DNA of 64,000 nucleotides. Source: Gemmatimonadota bacterium. GTDB lineage: Bacteria > Gemmatimonadota > Gemmatimonadetes > JACCXV01 > JAHWKZ01. Below the pieces are notes generated by a model. The model was not told the origin of the DNA, did not search any database, and saw only the letters and a program-made list of their open reading frames with translations. Below, piece by piece: positions 24,913-35,302 of the stretch (the stretch's first letter is position 1; every line of letters starts with the position of its first letter). The stretch is taken from NCBI GenBank assembly GCA_039588915.1, contig JBDGYV010000009.1, forward strand, positions 517-64,516, read 5' to 3'. The position numbers and the translations under genes were made by a program.

Positions 24913-26565
24913 TCACATCGACTCCGGCGCGGTCACGCCGAGTTGTCTCAATCCCTGTCGAAGCACGTACTGAGTCGCCCGAGCGAGCGCCAAGCGCGCA
25001 CGCGCCAACGGCTCGTTATCCACCAGAATGTGCTCACCGTGGTACCACAGATGAAACCGACGAGCCAGCGACTCCAGGTAATCCGTGACCCGGTGCGGTT
25101 CTAGCGCGTCGGCAGCATCAGCGATGACATCTGGATAGTCGTCGAGTATGCGTAGAAGGTCGATCTCGGTAGGCGCGGTCAAGAGTTCCAGGGTCTCGGG
25201 CACGCCAGATGCTTCAGGGTCCCAGGTTGGCTCTTCGAGGCGTCCAAACACGCTGGTGATCCGTGCGTGCGCATACTGAACGTAGTAAACGGGATTCTCC
25301 TCCGTTTGGCGTCGGGCCAGATCAAGGTCTAGGACCATGTGGGTGTCGCCCTTGCGCATGACGAGAAAGTAACGCGTCACGTCGACGCCGATATCATCCA
25401 TGAGGTCCTCGAGCAGCACGATGCGGTCGCTCCGGGTTGACAGCCGGACTTCCTGGCCGTCCTCGAGCAAGCTGATCTGTTGGTAAATCACGGGGCGCAG
25501 CCAATCCGGTGAGTACCCGAGGGCGCTCAGAGCGGCACGCATTCTGACTGCGTAATCGTGATGATCTGCGCCCCACACATCGATGGCCGTGTCAAAGCCG
25601 CGTTCGTGCTTGTCACGGTGATAGGCGATGTCCGGTAACAAGTATGTCGGCTGGCCGGTGCGCTTGACGAGAACGCGGTCTTTAGCGTCGCCGAACTCCG
25701 ACGCCCGAAACCAGGTCGCACCATCGTCTTCATACACGGCCCCGGCGTTTCTGAGGTCAGCGATTGTAGCCGCCAATCGGTCGTCGCTGTAGAGCGTTGA
25801 CTCGTTGAACCATACTTCAAACTCCACTCGGAAACGGGCTAGATCGGCTCGGATCGCCTCGTTCATATGCTTACCCGCAAACTCGCGAAACTCAGAGCCA
25901 CACTCTTCGATCGGTTTTCTTACCCAACGATCCCCGACCTCATCACGCATGGCTTCGGCCAAGTCACGTATGTACTGGCCGCGATAGCCACTCTCGGGAA
26001 ACGGAAACGAAGGGTCTTCGAGTTGCTGATAGCGGGCGTGGACGGATGCTCCCAGAATATCCATCTGCCGTCCGGCGTCGTTGAAGTAGTACTCGCGGGT
26101 TACGCTTGCCCCCTGACTTTCCAACAGAGATGCGATGGCATCGCCCAGGGCAGCGTTACGGGCGTGACCGATGTGCAGCGGACCGGTTGGGTTGGAAGAA
26201 ACGAACTCGACATTGATTTGCTGACCTTTCAGGCGGTCGGATCCCCCGTACGAATCGGAGTGAGTGAGGATCTCCCGTACCACTTCCTGGAGATAGCGAG
26301 GTGCCAGTCGAACATTGATAAAGCCGGGGCCAGCGACGATGATATCGCGAAAGCGATCGGGGTCTAGACGGAGTCCATCGACTAGCTCGGCCGCGATCTC
26401 ACCGGGCGAGCGCTTTAACGGTCGAGCCAGCGCTAGAGCAATGGGTGAGGACCAATCTCCGTGCTCGGGATCACCAGGGCGTTCGACAACGATCTCCTCG
26501 CTCGGCCATCCCAACTCGTCGAGACGCGCGCGGATCGTGGCGCGGAACTCCTCACGTGGACGCAT
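24913..26565 (-). CDS. argS: arginine--tRNA ligase
   Basis: The track ORF extends to 26961 through junk overlapping the upstream gene. ATG at 26565 gives MRPREEFRATIRARL... Also SSNPTGPLHIGHARNAALGD (HIGH), the anticodon-binding C-terminus and a final M. Confidence 0.93.
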   Translation of the reverse strand: MRPREEFRATIRARLDELGWPSEEIVVERPGDPEHGDWSSPIALALARPLKRSPGEIAAELVDGLRLDPDRFRDIIVAGPGFINVRLAPRYLQEVVREILTHSDSYGGSDRLKGQQINVEFVSSNPTGPLHIGHARNAALGDAIASLLESQGASVTREYYFNDAGRQMDILGASVHARYQQLEDPSFPFPESGYRGQYIRDLAEAMRDEVGDRWVRKPIEECGSEFREFAGKHMNEAIRADLARFRVEFEVWFNESTLYSDDRLAATIADLRNAGAVYEDDGATWFRASEFGDAKDRVLVKRTGQPTYLLPDIAYHRDKHERGFDTAIDVWGADHHDYAVRMRAALSALGYSPDWLRPVIYQQISLLEDGQEVRLSTRSDRIVLLEDLMDDIGVDVTRYFLVMRKGDTHMVLDLDLARRQTEENPVYYVQYAHARITSVFGRLEEPTWDPEASGVPETLELLTAPTEIDLLRILDDYPDVIADAADALEPHRVTDYLESLARRFHLWYHGEHILVDNEPLARARLALARATQYVLRQGLRQLGVTAPESM

Positions 26566-26854
26566 TCTTGTCGCCACCTTTTGGCTTCTTCCTTGTCTTC
26601 TTGTTTTCCTGTTTCTCGCTCTTGCCAGATCCGGTTTCCTTATCCGCCGATGCCTTTGATCGGTACTCGTCACTCCGGTAGTCGGTGGTGTAGAACCCCG
26701 AACCCTTGAAGAGAAAACCAGCTCCGCCTGAGATCTGGCGTTCGGCGCGTCCGCCGCACTCCGGGCAACGGCGGGCTCGGGCGCGAGTGGCCTTCTTCTG
26801 AAAGACCTCAAATGCACTGTCGCACTGAACACACTTGTAGACGTAAGTCGGCAA
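26552..26854 (-). CDS. FmdB-family zinc-ribbon protein with Lys-rich tail (100 aa)
   Basis: MPTYVYKCVQCDSAFEVFQ...RRCPECGG gives CxxC...CxxC, the typical FmdB/CxxC_CxxC_SSSS N-terminus. GAGGAGG lies upstream. Confidence 0.75.
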   Translation of the reverse strand: MPTYVYKCVQCDSAFEVFQKKATRARARRCPECGGRAERQISGGAGFLFKGSGFYTTDYRSDEYRSKASADKETGSGKSEKQENKKTRKKPKGGDKNAST

Positions 26855-26878
26855 CGCTCCTCCTCGTGATCTATACCT

Positions 26879-28549
26879 TCAGGGACGACCGGCGGTGGGG
26901 TCCTTGTAGATACCCCCGATGTCACGAAATACATCAGCGATTTCGCCGACGGTGGCACCAACGATGCACGCTGCGCGGATACCAGGCATTAGGTTTTTCT
27001 TGCTGCTCGCTATGGACGACAACGCGTCCAGTGCGTTCTCCACCTGCGTCGAGTCCCGATTCGCCCGCCATTCCGCGAGCCGTTCGGTCTGGCGTCCGGC
27101 GAGCTCTTCGGTATCAGCGGTCCGGATTTCCGATGACGGCTCATCCGTCTCAGCCCAACGGTTGACGCCAACCACGACCTCCTCGCCGTTCTCAACCCGC
27201 CGCTGGTGCTGGTATGCCTCACGCTCGATCTCGCTCTGGAAAACCCCACCTTCAATTGCCGCTACTGAACCACCTATGTCCTCGATTTGGTCGAGGTATG
27301 CGCGCGCTCTCTCTTCGAGATCGACCGTCAGCCGTTCAACGTAGAACGAGCCTCCGAGCGGATCAGCGGTGTCGGTGACACCGCTTTCGTGGGCTAGAAT
27401 CTGCTGCGTCCTCAGGGCCAAACCTGCCGATCGCTCCGAGGGTAATGCCAGCGCTTCGTCGTAGCTGTTTGTGTGAAGGCTCTGGGTGCCACCGAGGACC
27501 GCCGCCAGGGCCTGCAAGGTGACGCGGACGACATTGTTCAATGGTTGTTGCGCGGTCAGTGTTGCACCATCGGTCTGCGTGTGGAACCGCAGTTTGGCAG
27601 CGGACGGGTCGGCAGCACCAAAGCGGTTCCCCACCAAGTCCGCCCAGATCCTGCGGGCGGCTCGAAACTTGGCGACTTCCTCGAACAAATTGTTGTGAAC
27701 GCCAAAGAAGAACGACAACCGACCTATGAACGTGTCGACATCTATCCCGGCTTCGCGGGCTGCCTCGACGTAACAGATCGCGTTGGCGAACGTGAACGCG
27801 ATCTCTTGGGCCGCATTGGCGCCAGCCTCACGGATGTGATAGCCGGAGATCGAGATCGGGTTCCAACGCGGAGTTTCCTGCGCGCACCACGCGAACGAAT
27901 CGACGATCAGCCGCAAACTGAACTCCGGTGGGTAGATGTACGTTCCACGAGCGATGTACTCCTTCAGGATGTCGTTCTGGACTGTTCCCCGGAGCGCGCC
28001 GAGCTCAGTTCCCTGCTCTTCTCCGACGAGCGTGTACAGCGCCAGGAGCGTGGTTGCGGTGGCGTTGATCGTCATTGATGTCGATACGTCACTTAGCGGG
28101 ATGTCTAGCAACAGACGTCGCATGTCATCCAGCGTGTCGATCGCGACGCCGACACGACCGACTTCCCCGCTGGCCCGTGGATCATCCGAGTCCATGCCCA
28201 TCTGGGTTGGAAGATCAAACGCCGTCGAGAGGCCTGTCTGTCCACGGTCGAGCAAGAACTTGAATCGTGCGTTAGTCTCAGAGGCAGTTCCGAATCCAGC
28301 GTACTGGCGCATTGTCCATAGCCGGCCGCGGTACATGTTGGGGTAAATGCCGCGGGTGAATGGTGGCTCACCGGGATGGTCGGAAGCCACGCCACTGTCT
28401 GAGATCGAGTCGGCCGTGTAGCAGGGTTCGATCGGATGTCCGCTGCTCGTCTCAAATCCCGGTTTACGTTCAGGGGAGCGCTCGAGGTGAGGCTCGAGGG
28501 TCTCCTTTCTCCATCGGTCGCCGTCGGTGTTCGCAGATGGGGGGATCAT
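26879..28549 (-). CDS. methylmalonyl-CoA mutase, catalytic (substrate-binding TIM barrel) subunit, 556 aa, no B12-binding domain
   Basis: [55 protein letters not shown]..., [13 protein letters not shown]... and [19 protein letters not shown] are strongly MCM-like. Confidence 0.9.
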   Translation of the reverse strand: MIPPSANTDGDRWRKETLEPHLERSPERKPGFETSSGHPIEPCYTADSISDSGVASDHPGEPPFTRGIYPNMYRGRLWTMRQYAGFGTASETNARFKFLLDRGQTGLSTAFDLPTQMGMDSDDPRASGEVGRVGVAIDTLDDMRRLLLDIPLSDVSTSMTINATATTLLALYTLVGEEQGTELGALRGTVQNDILKEYIARGTYIYPPEFSLRLIVDSFAWCAQETPRWNPISISGYHIREAGANAAQEIAFTFANAICYVEAAREAGIDVDTFIGRLSFFFGVHNNLFEEVAKFRAARRIWADLVGNRFGAADPSAAKLRFHTQTDGATLTAQQPLNNVVRVTLQALAAVLGGTQSLHTNSYDEALALPSERSAGLALRTQQILAHESGVTDTADPLGGSFYVERLTVDLEERARAYLDQIEDIGGSVAAIEGGVFQSEIEREAYQHQRRVENGEEVVVGVNRWAETDEPSSEIRTADTEELAGRQTERLAEWRANRDSTQVENALDALSSIASSKKNLMPGIRAACIVGATVGEIADVFRDIGGIYKDPTAGRP

Positions 28550-29085
28550 TCTGGCTCGCTCGGGGGCTCGATGGCACAGATAAAGAATCCCTGCTCGATC
28601 GGCTGCCCGGATCGTATTCTGAGATCGCGGACGACTCCATCAATTGGTGCTGTGATCTCGTTTTCCATTTTCATCGCCTCGATAATCGCCAGCCCTTCCC
28701 CAGCATGGACGTGGTGTCCCTCCTCGACCTCGACCTCTAGTACCAACCCCGGCATGGGAGCATGGATCTTCTGCGTGCTGTCGGACACGTGGGGCGCCAA
28801 TGAAGCCAGCCTATGGCGTGCTTCACTGACCACGGTGAACCCGTAGCGAGAGCCGTCCAACACCACCGCTCCCTTGTCGCCGGCACTGGCTCGCCATTCG
28901 ACGCGTCTGGGTCGGCCTTCGACCCACGCTTGAGCGTCGCCGGGCCCAGCCACGACAGAGAAGGTCCATGACTCGTCACCGTGTTCGACTTTGATCTCAC
29001 AACCATCGTCGGTCCCCAGCAGCGTCACACGATACGACGTCTCGACGCCGTCGGGCGTTACGATATAGTGCTTCCTTGCGGTCAT
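28546..29085 (-). CDS. biotin carboxyl carrier (biotinyl domain) protein with ~105-aa N-terminal beta-rich region
   Basis: The C-terminus [44 protein letters not shown] carries the EAMKM biotinylation motif. I trimmed the start to ATG at 29085 (ATGA overlap); the track ORF runs to 29283. Confidence 0.8.
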   Translation of the reverse strand: MTARKHYIVTPDGVETSYRVTLLGTDDGCEIKVEHGDESWTFSVVAGPGDAQAWVEGRPRRVEWRASAGDKGAVVLDGSRYGFTVVSEARHRLASLAPHVSDSTQKIHAPMPGLVLEVEVEEGHHVHAGEGLAIIEAMKMENEITAPIDGVVRDLRIRSGQPIEQGFFICAIEPPSEPE

Positions 29086-30413
29086 CGATCCGGCCGCGAC
29101 AGCACGGCCACGGCTTCGACATGAGCTGTCTGCGGAAAGAGATCGAATGCGCGCAGGGATTCGAGCCGCCAGCCCGTGCCCAGCCGGCGCACATCGCGAG
29201 CCAATGTCGCGGGGTTGCACGCCACGTAGACCAGCCGTTTCGCCGGCGAGGCCGAGATTCCCGAGAGGATCCGCCGCGGGCAACCGCCTCGCGGGGGGTT
29301 CAGGACGACGATCTCGGGCCTAGGTCGAGACCACTCCACTCGGTCAGCGGGCAACTCCAGCACGTGTACTGACCCAGTGGCGACATTCGAGTGGGCGTTG
29401 GCTCGCAAATCGGAGGCGGTCCCCGAATGAGCTTCGATCGCTGTCACGACAGCGCCCGCAGCCGCCAGTTGGCACCCAACCACCCCGATGCCGGCGTAGG
29501 CATCGATCACGCGCTTGCCGGATGCGGGCCCGACGGCCTCGACCACCGCGTCGTACAATCTCTCGGCGCCGCTGAGGTCGGCTTGGATGAAACTATCGAA
29601 GCCGATCCTGAGATCCAAGCCCCGATACTGAAAACGGCTGGTTAACCGTGGGGCATCGGTCGCGAGCGTGAGACTCGACTCGGTACGCCAGCCCCCCCAC
29701 GTCGTTTCGATGTCGGCGTTGTCAGAGAGGGCGCCAGCCAGGATGGGCGCGAGATCGGCCTGGTGGACGAACAATCCCGCCTGCACCGGCCCCGGAGGTA
29801 GACACCGGAGCGCCAGTCGGCCTTCCAGGATTCCAGAGTCGCATGCAACCGCGTGGTCACGAAGAGCCAGTTCGAGCGCCCCACGCAGCCTCGCTAGTTG
29901 TACGTCTATTTGATCGTTAACGATCGGGCAGCCGCCGATTGATATGATGCGGCGAGGCTCATTGGCATGGTGATACCCGAAATGGAGCTCATCGCCCGTC
30001 CAGCGCCAGGAGACGACCGCTCGTTTTCGGTATCCCCAACCGCTGGCTGCCGGCTCGCACACCAACCCATCGAGCCCTCGGTGACCGCCGATCCTCTCCA
30101 TTGCATCGACTACCGCCTGGGCCTTGGCTTCGCGTTGGGCGGCCACGGTCAGATGTTGGAGCTGACATCCCCCGCAAGAACCAAAAACTGGGCAACGCGG
30201 CTCGATTCGAGCTGCGGCGGGTTCCAGCACAGCTTCGAGTCTTGCCCTCGCGTAGCGCGGGTGACGCTCGACAACGGTCGCCCGCACCTTCTCGCCGGGC
30301 ACGGTCCACGGCACAAAGACGACCAGCCCATCGACGTGCGTGACGCCCTCGCCGCCATAGGCGAGCCTCTGGACGATCGCTTCGACGGTGGCTTTCTCGA
30401 TCATCGGTACCAC
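29082..30413 (-). CDS. 23S rRNA (uracil-5-)-methyltransferase, RlmD/RumA family (TRAM + Fe-S + SAM MTase)
   Basis: TRAM-like N-terminus (GEGVTHVDGLVVFVPWTVPGEKV), Cys cluster (CPVFGSCGGCQLQH), DAYAGIGVVG, VLNPPRGG, YVACNPATLARD and FDLFPQTAHVE. Confidence 0.85.
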   Translation of the reverse strand: MVPMIEKATVEAIVQRLAYGGEGVTHVDGLVVFVPWTVPGEKVRATVVERHPRYARARLEAVLEPAAARIEPRCPVFGSCGGCQLQHLTVAAQREAKAQAVVDAMERIGGHRGLDGLVCEPAASGWGYRKRAVVSWRWTGDELHFGYHHANEPRRIISIGGCPIVNDQIDVQLARLRGALELALRDHAVACDSGILEGRLALRCLPPGPVQAGLFVHQADLAPILAGALSDNADIETTWGGWRTESSLTLATDAPRLTSRFQYRGLDLRIGFDSFIQADLSGAERLYDAVVEAVGPASGKRVIDAYAGIGVVGCQLAAAGAVVTAIEAHSGTASDLRANAHSNVATGSVHVLELPADRVEWSRPRPEIVVLNPPRGGCPRRILSGISASPAKRLVYVACNPATLARDVRRLGTGWRLESLRAFDLFPQTAHVEAVAVLSRPDR

Positions 30414-31939
30414 ACCCAGGGGCGAGTTGCTCTCCAGCCAGCTCGACCATCCGATGTGGTCGGACTGGCGAGGCTCGTGGTCGGCGCCGGCCGAAGAGAG
30501 TCCCTACGCCAGGCCGCCAGGGCCGCCGCCAGTGGCTCCTCGAGGCGGGCCTCTTGCGCCATCCGCGAGACGATCGCCTGTGCGCGTCTCTCCAGTGTGC
30601 GCGTTGTGACCTGTCCTTCGGCGACCGCTGGCTCGGCCAACAACGCGCGCAGAAAACCGAGATTGGTCATGAGCCCTCCAATCTCTGTCTCGGCGAGGGC
30701 TCGATCGACCCGGCTCAAAGCCTCACCCCGTGTTCGTCCCCAGCCGATGCACTTGGCGAGTAACGGGTCGTAGTGGGGGGTGATCTCGACACCTGCCTCG
30801 ATACCGCTGTCGAATCGAACGCCTACCCCGCCTGGTTCGCGGTACGACGTAACCGTGCCGGTGGCGGGAAGGAATCCTCCTGTCGCGTCCTCAGCCGCTA
30901 TCCGGCACTCGATCGCGTGACCGCGCAACTCGACTTCAGCTTGACTCAAGGGCAGCTCGCCCCCAGCGGCGATCTCGAGTTGAAGACCCACCAGATCGAC
31001 ACCGGTCACCATCTCGGTTACCGGGTGTTCAACTTGGATACGGGTGTTCATCTCGAGGAAGTAGAACTCGCCGGTTGGGATCATGAGGAACTCCACCGTG
31101 CCGGCTCCGACGTAGTCGACCGCTTGGGCGGCCGCGACGGCGAGCCGACCCATCTCGTTGCGTAGCTCCGCACTCAAGCCTGGCGCTGGCGCTTCCTCGA
31201 TTACCTTCTGATGGCGGCGCTGTAGCGAGCACTCTCGTTCGCCGAGATGAATCGCGTGACCGGTTGCGTCTGCTATTACTTGAATCTCGATATGCCGGGC
31301 CTCAGGGAGATACTTTTCCATGTAGACATCTGAATCGCCGAAAGCGCCCGCAGCCTCGCGGGATGCGGCGGCCAGCGCGGCTTTCAGATCGGCTTCCCTC
31401 TCTACCACGCGCATCCCCTTTCCCCCTCCACCGGCAGCCGCCTTGAGGAGTACAGGGTATCCGATGCGGTTCGCCTCCGCGCCGGCTGTCGTTATGTCAT
31501 CGAGTCGTTCCAGCGTTCCTGGAATGACCGGCACCTTGGCTGTCGCCATTGACCGTCTGGCCGAGGTCTTCTCCCCCATGATCCGGATGCTTCTCGGTGG
31601 TGGGCCGACCCACGCCAAGCCGGCGGCTTCAACCGCCTCCGCGAAGCTCGCGTTTTCGGCCAGGAACCCGTACCCAGGATGCACCGCGTCGGCGGCGGTT
31701 CGCTTGGCGGCATCTAGTATCCGCTCAGGTGAAAGGTACGATTCGGCAGCCACCGCAGGTCCGATCTCCACGGCTCGGTCCGCCAGCCAGACGTGCGGTG
31801 AGCGTCGATCGGCCTCAGAGAACACCGCCACGGCCTCGAGCCCCGTTTCTTGACAAGCTCTGATGACGCGGACCGCGATCTCACCGCGGTTGGCGATCAG
31901 CACCCGGCGCCAGTTCTTCGTTTCCGATCCAGGTCTCAT
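30401..31939 (-). CDS. biotin carboxylase subunit of acyl-CoA (propionyl/acetyl-CoA) carboxylase, 512 aa
   Basis: VLIANRGEIAVRVIRA..., ATP-grasp GYPVLLKAAAGGGGKGMRVV, EMNTRIQVEHPVTE. There is a ~60-aa C-terminal extension beyond AccC length and no biotinyl domain. Confidence 0.9.
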   Translation of the reverse strand: MRPGSETKNWRRVLIANRGEIAVRVIRACQETGLEAVAVFSEADRRSPHVWLADRAVEIGPAVAAESYLSPERILDAAKRTAADAVHPGYGFLAENASFAEAVEAAGLAWVGPPPRSIRIMGEKTSARRSMATAKVPVIPGTLERLDDITTAGAEANRIGYPVLLKAAAGGGGKGMRVVEREADLKAALAAASREAAGAFGDSDVYMEKYLPEARHIEIQVIADATGHAIHLGERECSLQRRHQKVIEEAPAPGLSAELRNEMGRLAVAAAQAVDYVGAGTVEFLMIPTGEFYFLEMNTRIQVEHPVTEMVTGVDLVGLQLEIAAGGELPLSQAEVELRGHAIECRIAAEDATGGFLPATGTVTSYREPGGVGVRFDSGIEAGVEITPHYDPLLAKCIGWGRTRGEALSRVDRALAETEIGGLMTNLGFLRALLAEPAVAEGQVTTRTLERRAQAIVSRMAQEARLEEPLAAALAAWRRDSLRPAPTTSLASPTTSDGRAGWRATRPWVWYR

Positions 31940-31948
31940 GTCACACTT

Positions 31949-31977
31949 GATATAGCACGCCTTAAGGATTGCGGCAA
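31949..31977 (-). promoter_or_regulatory. candidate promoter TTGCCG-N17-TATATC immediately upstream of the biotin carboxylase ATG
   Basis: The minus strand reads TTGCCGcaatccttaaggcgtgcTATATCaagtgtgacATG. The -10 element ends only 9 nt before the start codon, which would imply a near-leaderless mRNA. This is weak, pattern-only evidence. Confidence 0.25.
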
Positions 31978-31983
31978 AGAGAC

Positions 31984-33528
31984 TTACAGGGGAAGGTTGC
32001 CGTGCTTTCTGGTCGGGTTGGCATCGCGCTTGTTAAGTACCGCAAGCAGACCGCTGACGAGCCTCGAGCGTGTCTCCACCGGATCGATGATGGCATCCAC
32101 GTAGCCCCTTTCGGCGGCGATGTACGGGTTAGCGAACCGCTCTCGGAACTCCTCGGTGCGGCGATCGATAACCGCCTCGGGGTCATCCGCGGCTTGGATC
32201 TCTTTTCTCCACAGGATCTCCGCCGCCCCCTTGGGTCCCATAACCGCTATCTCTGCAGTGGGCCAAGCGAGATTTAAATCCCCACGAATGTGCTTGGACG
32301 ACATGACGTCGTAAGCACCCCCGTACGCTTTTCTCAGGATCACCGTCAGTTTTGGCACCGTGGCTTCGCAGTACGCGTATAACAGCTTTGCCCCATGCTT
32401 TATGATCCCGCCCCACTCCTGGCCGGTGCCGGGCAGAAATCCAGGAACGTCGACGAACGTGATCAGCGGGATGTTGAAAGCGTCACAGAACCGAACGAAA
32501 CGCGCCCCTTTTAAGCTGGCATTGATATCGAGTACGCCAGCGAGGACGGCTGGTTGATTGGCGACGATGCCGACCGAGCGTCCTGCCAGTCGGGCAAAAC
32601 CCACGACCAGGTTCGGGGCGTACCCGGCCTGGACCTCGAGAAAAGAGTCCTGGTCAACGATCCTTTGAATGATCCCGTGGACATCGTACGGCTTGTTCGG
32701 GTTGTCGGGAACCGCGTCGGCTAGCTCCGGTACGCGTCGGTACCAGTCGTCGTCCGAATCGACAATTGGAGGATCCTCCTGATTATTGGACGGCAAGTAG
32801 TCGACCAAATCGCGGATCCCTCTCAAGCAAGCCACCTCGTCCGCGAAAGTGAAGTGACTCACTCCACTCTTGGTCGCATGCACAGCGGCTCCACCAAGCT
32901 CGTCAAAGGACACCTCTTCGTGGGTGACCGTCTTCACCACGTTTGGCCCGGTCACGAACATGTATGAGATGCCCTCGACCATGCATACAAAATCGGTAAG
33001 GGCCGGCGAGTAGACAGCGCCACCAGCGCAGGGGCCGAGAATCGCGCTGATCTGTGGCACCACTCCACTGGCCAGTGTGTTGCGTAGAAATATCTCAGCG
33101 TACCCACCGAGTGACGCCACACCTTCCTGTATCCTCGCGCCTCCCGAATCATTGAGTCCGATGATCGGAGCGCCCACTTTCAACGCCAGATCCATTACCT
33201 TGCAGATCTTCTCAGCGTGCGCCTCGGACAGCGAACCGCCGAATACTGTGAAGTCTTGACTGAAGACGTAGACGGTCCGGCCGTTGATCGTGCCGTGCCC
33301 GGTTACGACGCCATCCCCGGGGATTCTCTGGGACTTGAGCCCGAATTCCTCGGTGCGATGGGTGACGAGCATGTCGAACTCGAAGAACGAGTCCTCATCG
33401 AGCAGCAGGTCGATCCGTTCCCGAGCTGACAGCTTACCCTTGGCGTGTTGTGCCTCCAGGCGGTCGATCCCACCGCCCAGCAGAGCCAGCTCCTCGCGGG
33501 CGCCCAGGTCTTCGAGTCGATCACTCAT
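31984..33528 (-). CDS. acyl-CoA carboxylase carboxyltransferase subunit (propionyl-CoA carboxylase beta / methylmalonyl-CoA carboxyltransferase 12S type)
   Basis: 514 aa; [14 protein letters not shown]..., [17 protein letters not shown]..., [10 protein letters not shown]..., [12 protein letters not shown]..., and the typical C-terminus KHGNLPL. Confidence 0.92.
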   Translation of the reverse strand: MSDRLEDLGAREELALLGGGIDRLEAQHAKGKLSARERIDLLLDEDSFFEFDMLVTHRTEEFGLKSQRIPGDGVVTGHGTINGRTVYVFSQDFTVFGGSLSEAHAEKICKVMDLALKVGAPIIGLNDSGGARIQEGVASLGGYAEIFLRNTLASGVVPQISAILGPCAGGAVYSPALTDFVCMVEGISYMFVTGPNVVKTVTHEEVSFDELGGAAVHATKSGVSHFTFADEVACLRGIRDLVDYLPSNNQEDPPIVDSDDDWYRRVPELADAVPDNPNKPYDVHGIIQRIVDQDSFLEVQAGYAPNLVVGFARLAGRSVGIVANQPAVLAGVLDINASLKGARFVRFCDAFNIPLITFVDVPGFLPGTGQEWGGIIKHGAKLLYAYCEATVPKLTVILRKAYGGAYDVMSSKHIRGDLNLAWPTAEIAVMGPKGAAEILWRKEIQAADDPEAVIDRRTEEFRERFANPYIAAERGYVDAIIDPVETRSRLVSGLLAVLNKRDANPTRKHGNLPL

Positions 33529-33535
33529 CGTCTGG

Positions 33536-35278
33536 CTACCAGTCGACGGCCGTCGCCTGGCCGCTCTCGATTCGATGCACGATCACCGCGCGTCGGGTTC
33601 CAACGTCGGTGAACCGAAATAGGCCGGATGCGCCCCGATACTCGTGGCCAACAGCGGTGGCAGTCCCACCACCCCCAACAACGAAGTGCTCGATCGCCAA
33701 GCGAGCGGCGTCATAGCCCCACGCCGCGATCCGATTATCGGCCGGTTCACCGTACCGGGCTTCATAGCGTTCGGCGAAAGCCCCCCAACTCGTGATCGCA
33801 GGATCACGGCTAAACGTGTCGGCAAAATAGCCGCGCGTGAATCGGCGCCCCTGGACAGCGAACATCTCATCGTTCCAGGCGTCGGTGCCGAGTGGCAACA
33901 GGTCGCGAAGCTCAAAGAACGCCATCTGGTTGAGGATCCGTAGCGCCTCATTGGATCGGTTCGTTGCCAGAAAGACAGCATCTGCTCCGGCCCTTACGAT
34001 CTCTCCGAGCCGATCGGTAAATCCGGTCGACCCGGGTGGGTAGGTACCACGATACACGACTCGTGCACCGACCGATTCGACGGCGCTGACGAAAGCGTCG
34101 GTTTGAATGCGTCCGTAGGCGTTTTCGGGAGCCAGTATCGCGAACCGCTTGCGACCCAGGTTCTGCGTTGCGTACAGCCCAATGATATGGCCGATCGCCC
34201 CGTCGAGTGCGTTTACGGTAAACACCCGCGGGCCTATCTCCAACAAGCGAGCATCGGTCGCGGTCGGGCTCACCAACGCGATACCTTCCTCTTGCGCGGC
34301 GCGTCCTGCGGGGATTGCGAACTCGCTCGTCAACGGTCCGAGGACCGCCTGGACGCGATCGCCTCGAGCGAGGGCTCGAATCACGCCGATGGTCGAATCT
34401 GGGTCGCTGGCTGTCGAACGAGAAACCAGCTCGTAGGGTGGCGTTCTGCCGCGATTGACCTCTTCCATCGCGAGTTGGACGCCCCTTTGGATCTCTTCTT
34501 TGACGTTGGCAAACCGGCCCTCGATCGGGGCGATCAGGCCGAGCTTTGGGGGCGCGGTGGTGACTGCACCCGCCGCTAGGGCGGCAGCCTCGGCGCGCAT
34601 GGCATCCGGCAAGCCGGCTACGCCTTCGACTTGGCGCGCCAGCGAGCGCGCGAGTTTCGAGTCCCCAGCTGCATGCGCCCAGCGAGCCGATTGCAGATAA
34701 AACGGTGCGAGCCAGTTCCGGTCGGACTCGAATTGCGAGGTGTCTTCGATGATCTGCCGTGGCAGGCGTTCCAGCAGGTCGAGCGACAAATCCAAGAATG
34801 CGCTCAGACGTTCACGCGAGGCTTTTTTGATCTCCAGTGTCGTCGCGAGCGAGTTCTCGAATTCGCCCTGCCCATAGTAGGCGTTAGCCAACAGCAGCGT
34901 GGCGTGCTCCCGGCGTGGAACCGTCGGCGACAAGCTCAGGTATCTCGCGAGCGCCGCGGCCGCACCCCGATCATCATCGAGCTGATAGTGGGATCGGCCC
35001 TGCCAGTACAGCGCAAGCGCAGCGTTCTCACTGGAGGGGTACTCCTCTACAACCCGCGTGAACTCATCCAGCGCCGCCCGATAGCTGCCGGCCTCGATCA
35101 AGCTGAGGCCGTTCTGGTATGCGTCTTCAGCGACTCGGGCTTCAGCCCGCGTGAGTGGACGATCGCTCAGGGTTGGTATGCGATCACGCGAAATACAGGC
35201 GACGGTGAGGGAGACCGCAAGTATGGCCCACGGTCTAACGCGGTCTAGGAAAGCGTTGGGGGTAGAGATCGATATCAT
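33536..35278 (-). CDS. lipoprotein with N-terminal TPR-like region and C-terminal periplasmic-binding-protein (LivK/Peripla_BP_6-like) domain; LpoA-like penicillin-binding-protein activator architecture
   Basis: Lipobox-like LAVSLTVAC; TPR-like helices ([30 protein letters not shown]..., [13 protein letters not shown]); then [15 protein letters not shown]..., VLGPLTSEF..., [11 protein letters not shown]... Confidence 0.65.
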   Translation of the reverse strand: MISISTPNAFLDRVRPWAILAVSLTVACISRDRIPTLSDRPLTRAEARVAEDAYQNGLSLIEAGSYRAALDEFTRVVEEYPSSENAALALYWQGRSHYQLDDDRGAAAALARYLSLSPTVPRREHATLLLANAYYGQGEFENSLATTLEIKKASRERLSAFLDLSLDLLERLPRQIIEDTSQFESDRNWLAPFYLQSARWAHAAGDSKLARSLARQVEGVAGLPDAMRAEAAALAAGAVTTAPPKLGLIAPIEGRFANVKEEIQRGVQLAMEEVNRGRTPPYELVSRSTASDPDSTIGVIRALARGDRVQAVLGPLTSEFAIPAGRAAQEEGIALVSPTATDARLLEIGPRVFTVNALDGAIGHIIGLYATQNLGRKRFAILAPENAYGRIQTDAFVSAVESVGARVVYRGTYPPGSTGFTDRLGEIVRAGADAVFLATNRSNEALRILNQMAFFELRDLLPLGTDAWNDEMFAVQGRRFTRGYFADTFSRDPAITSWGAFAERYEARYGEPADNRIAAWGYDAARLAIEHFVVGGGGTATAVGHEYRGASGLFRFTDVGTRRAVIVHRIESGQATAVDW

Positions 35279-35302
35279 GCGCCGAACGCCGCCCGAGGAG
35301 AG

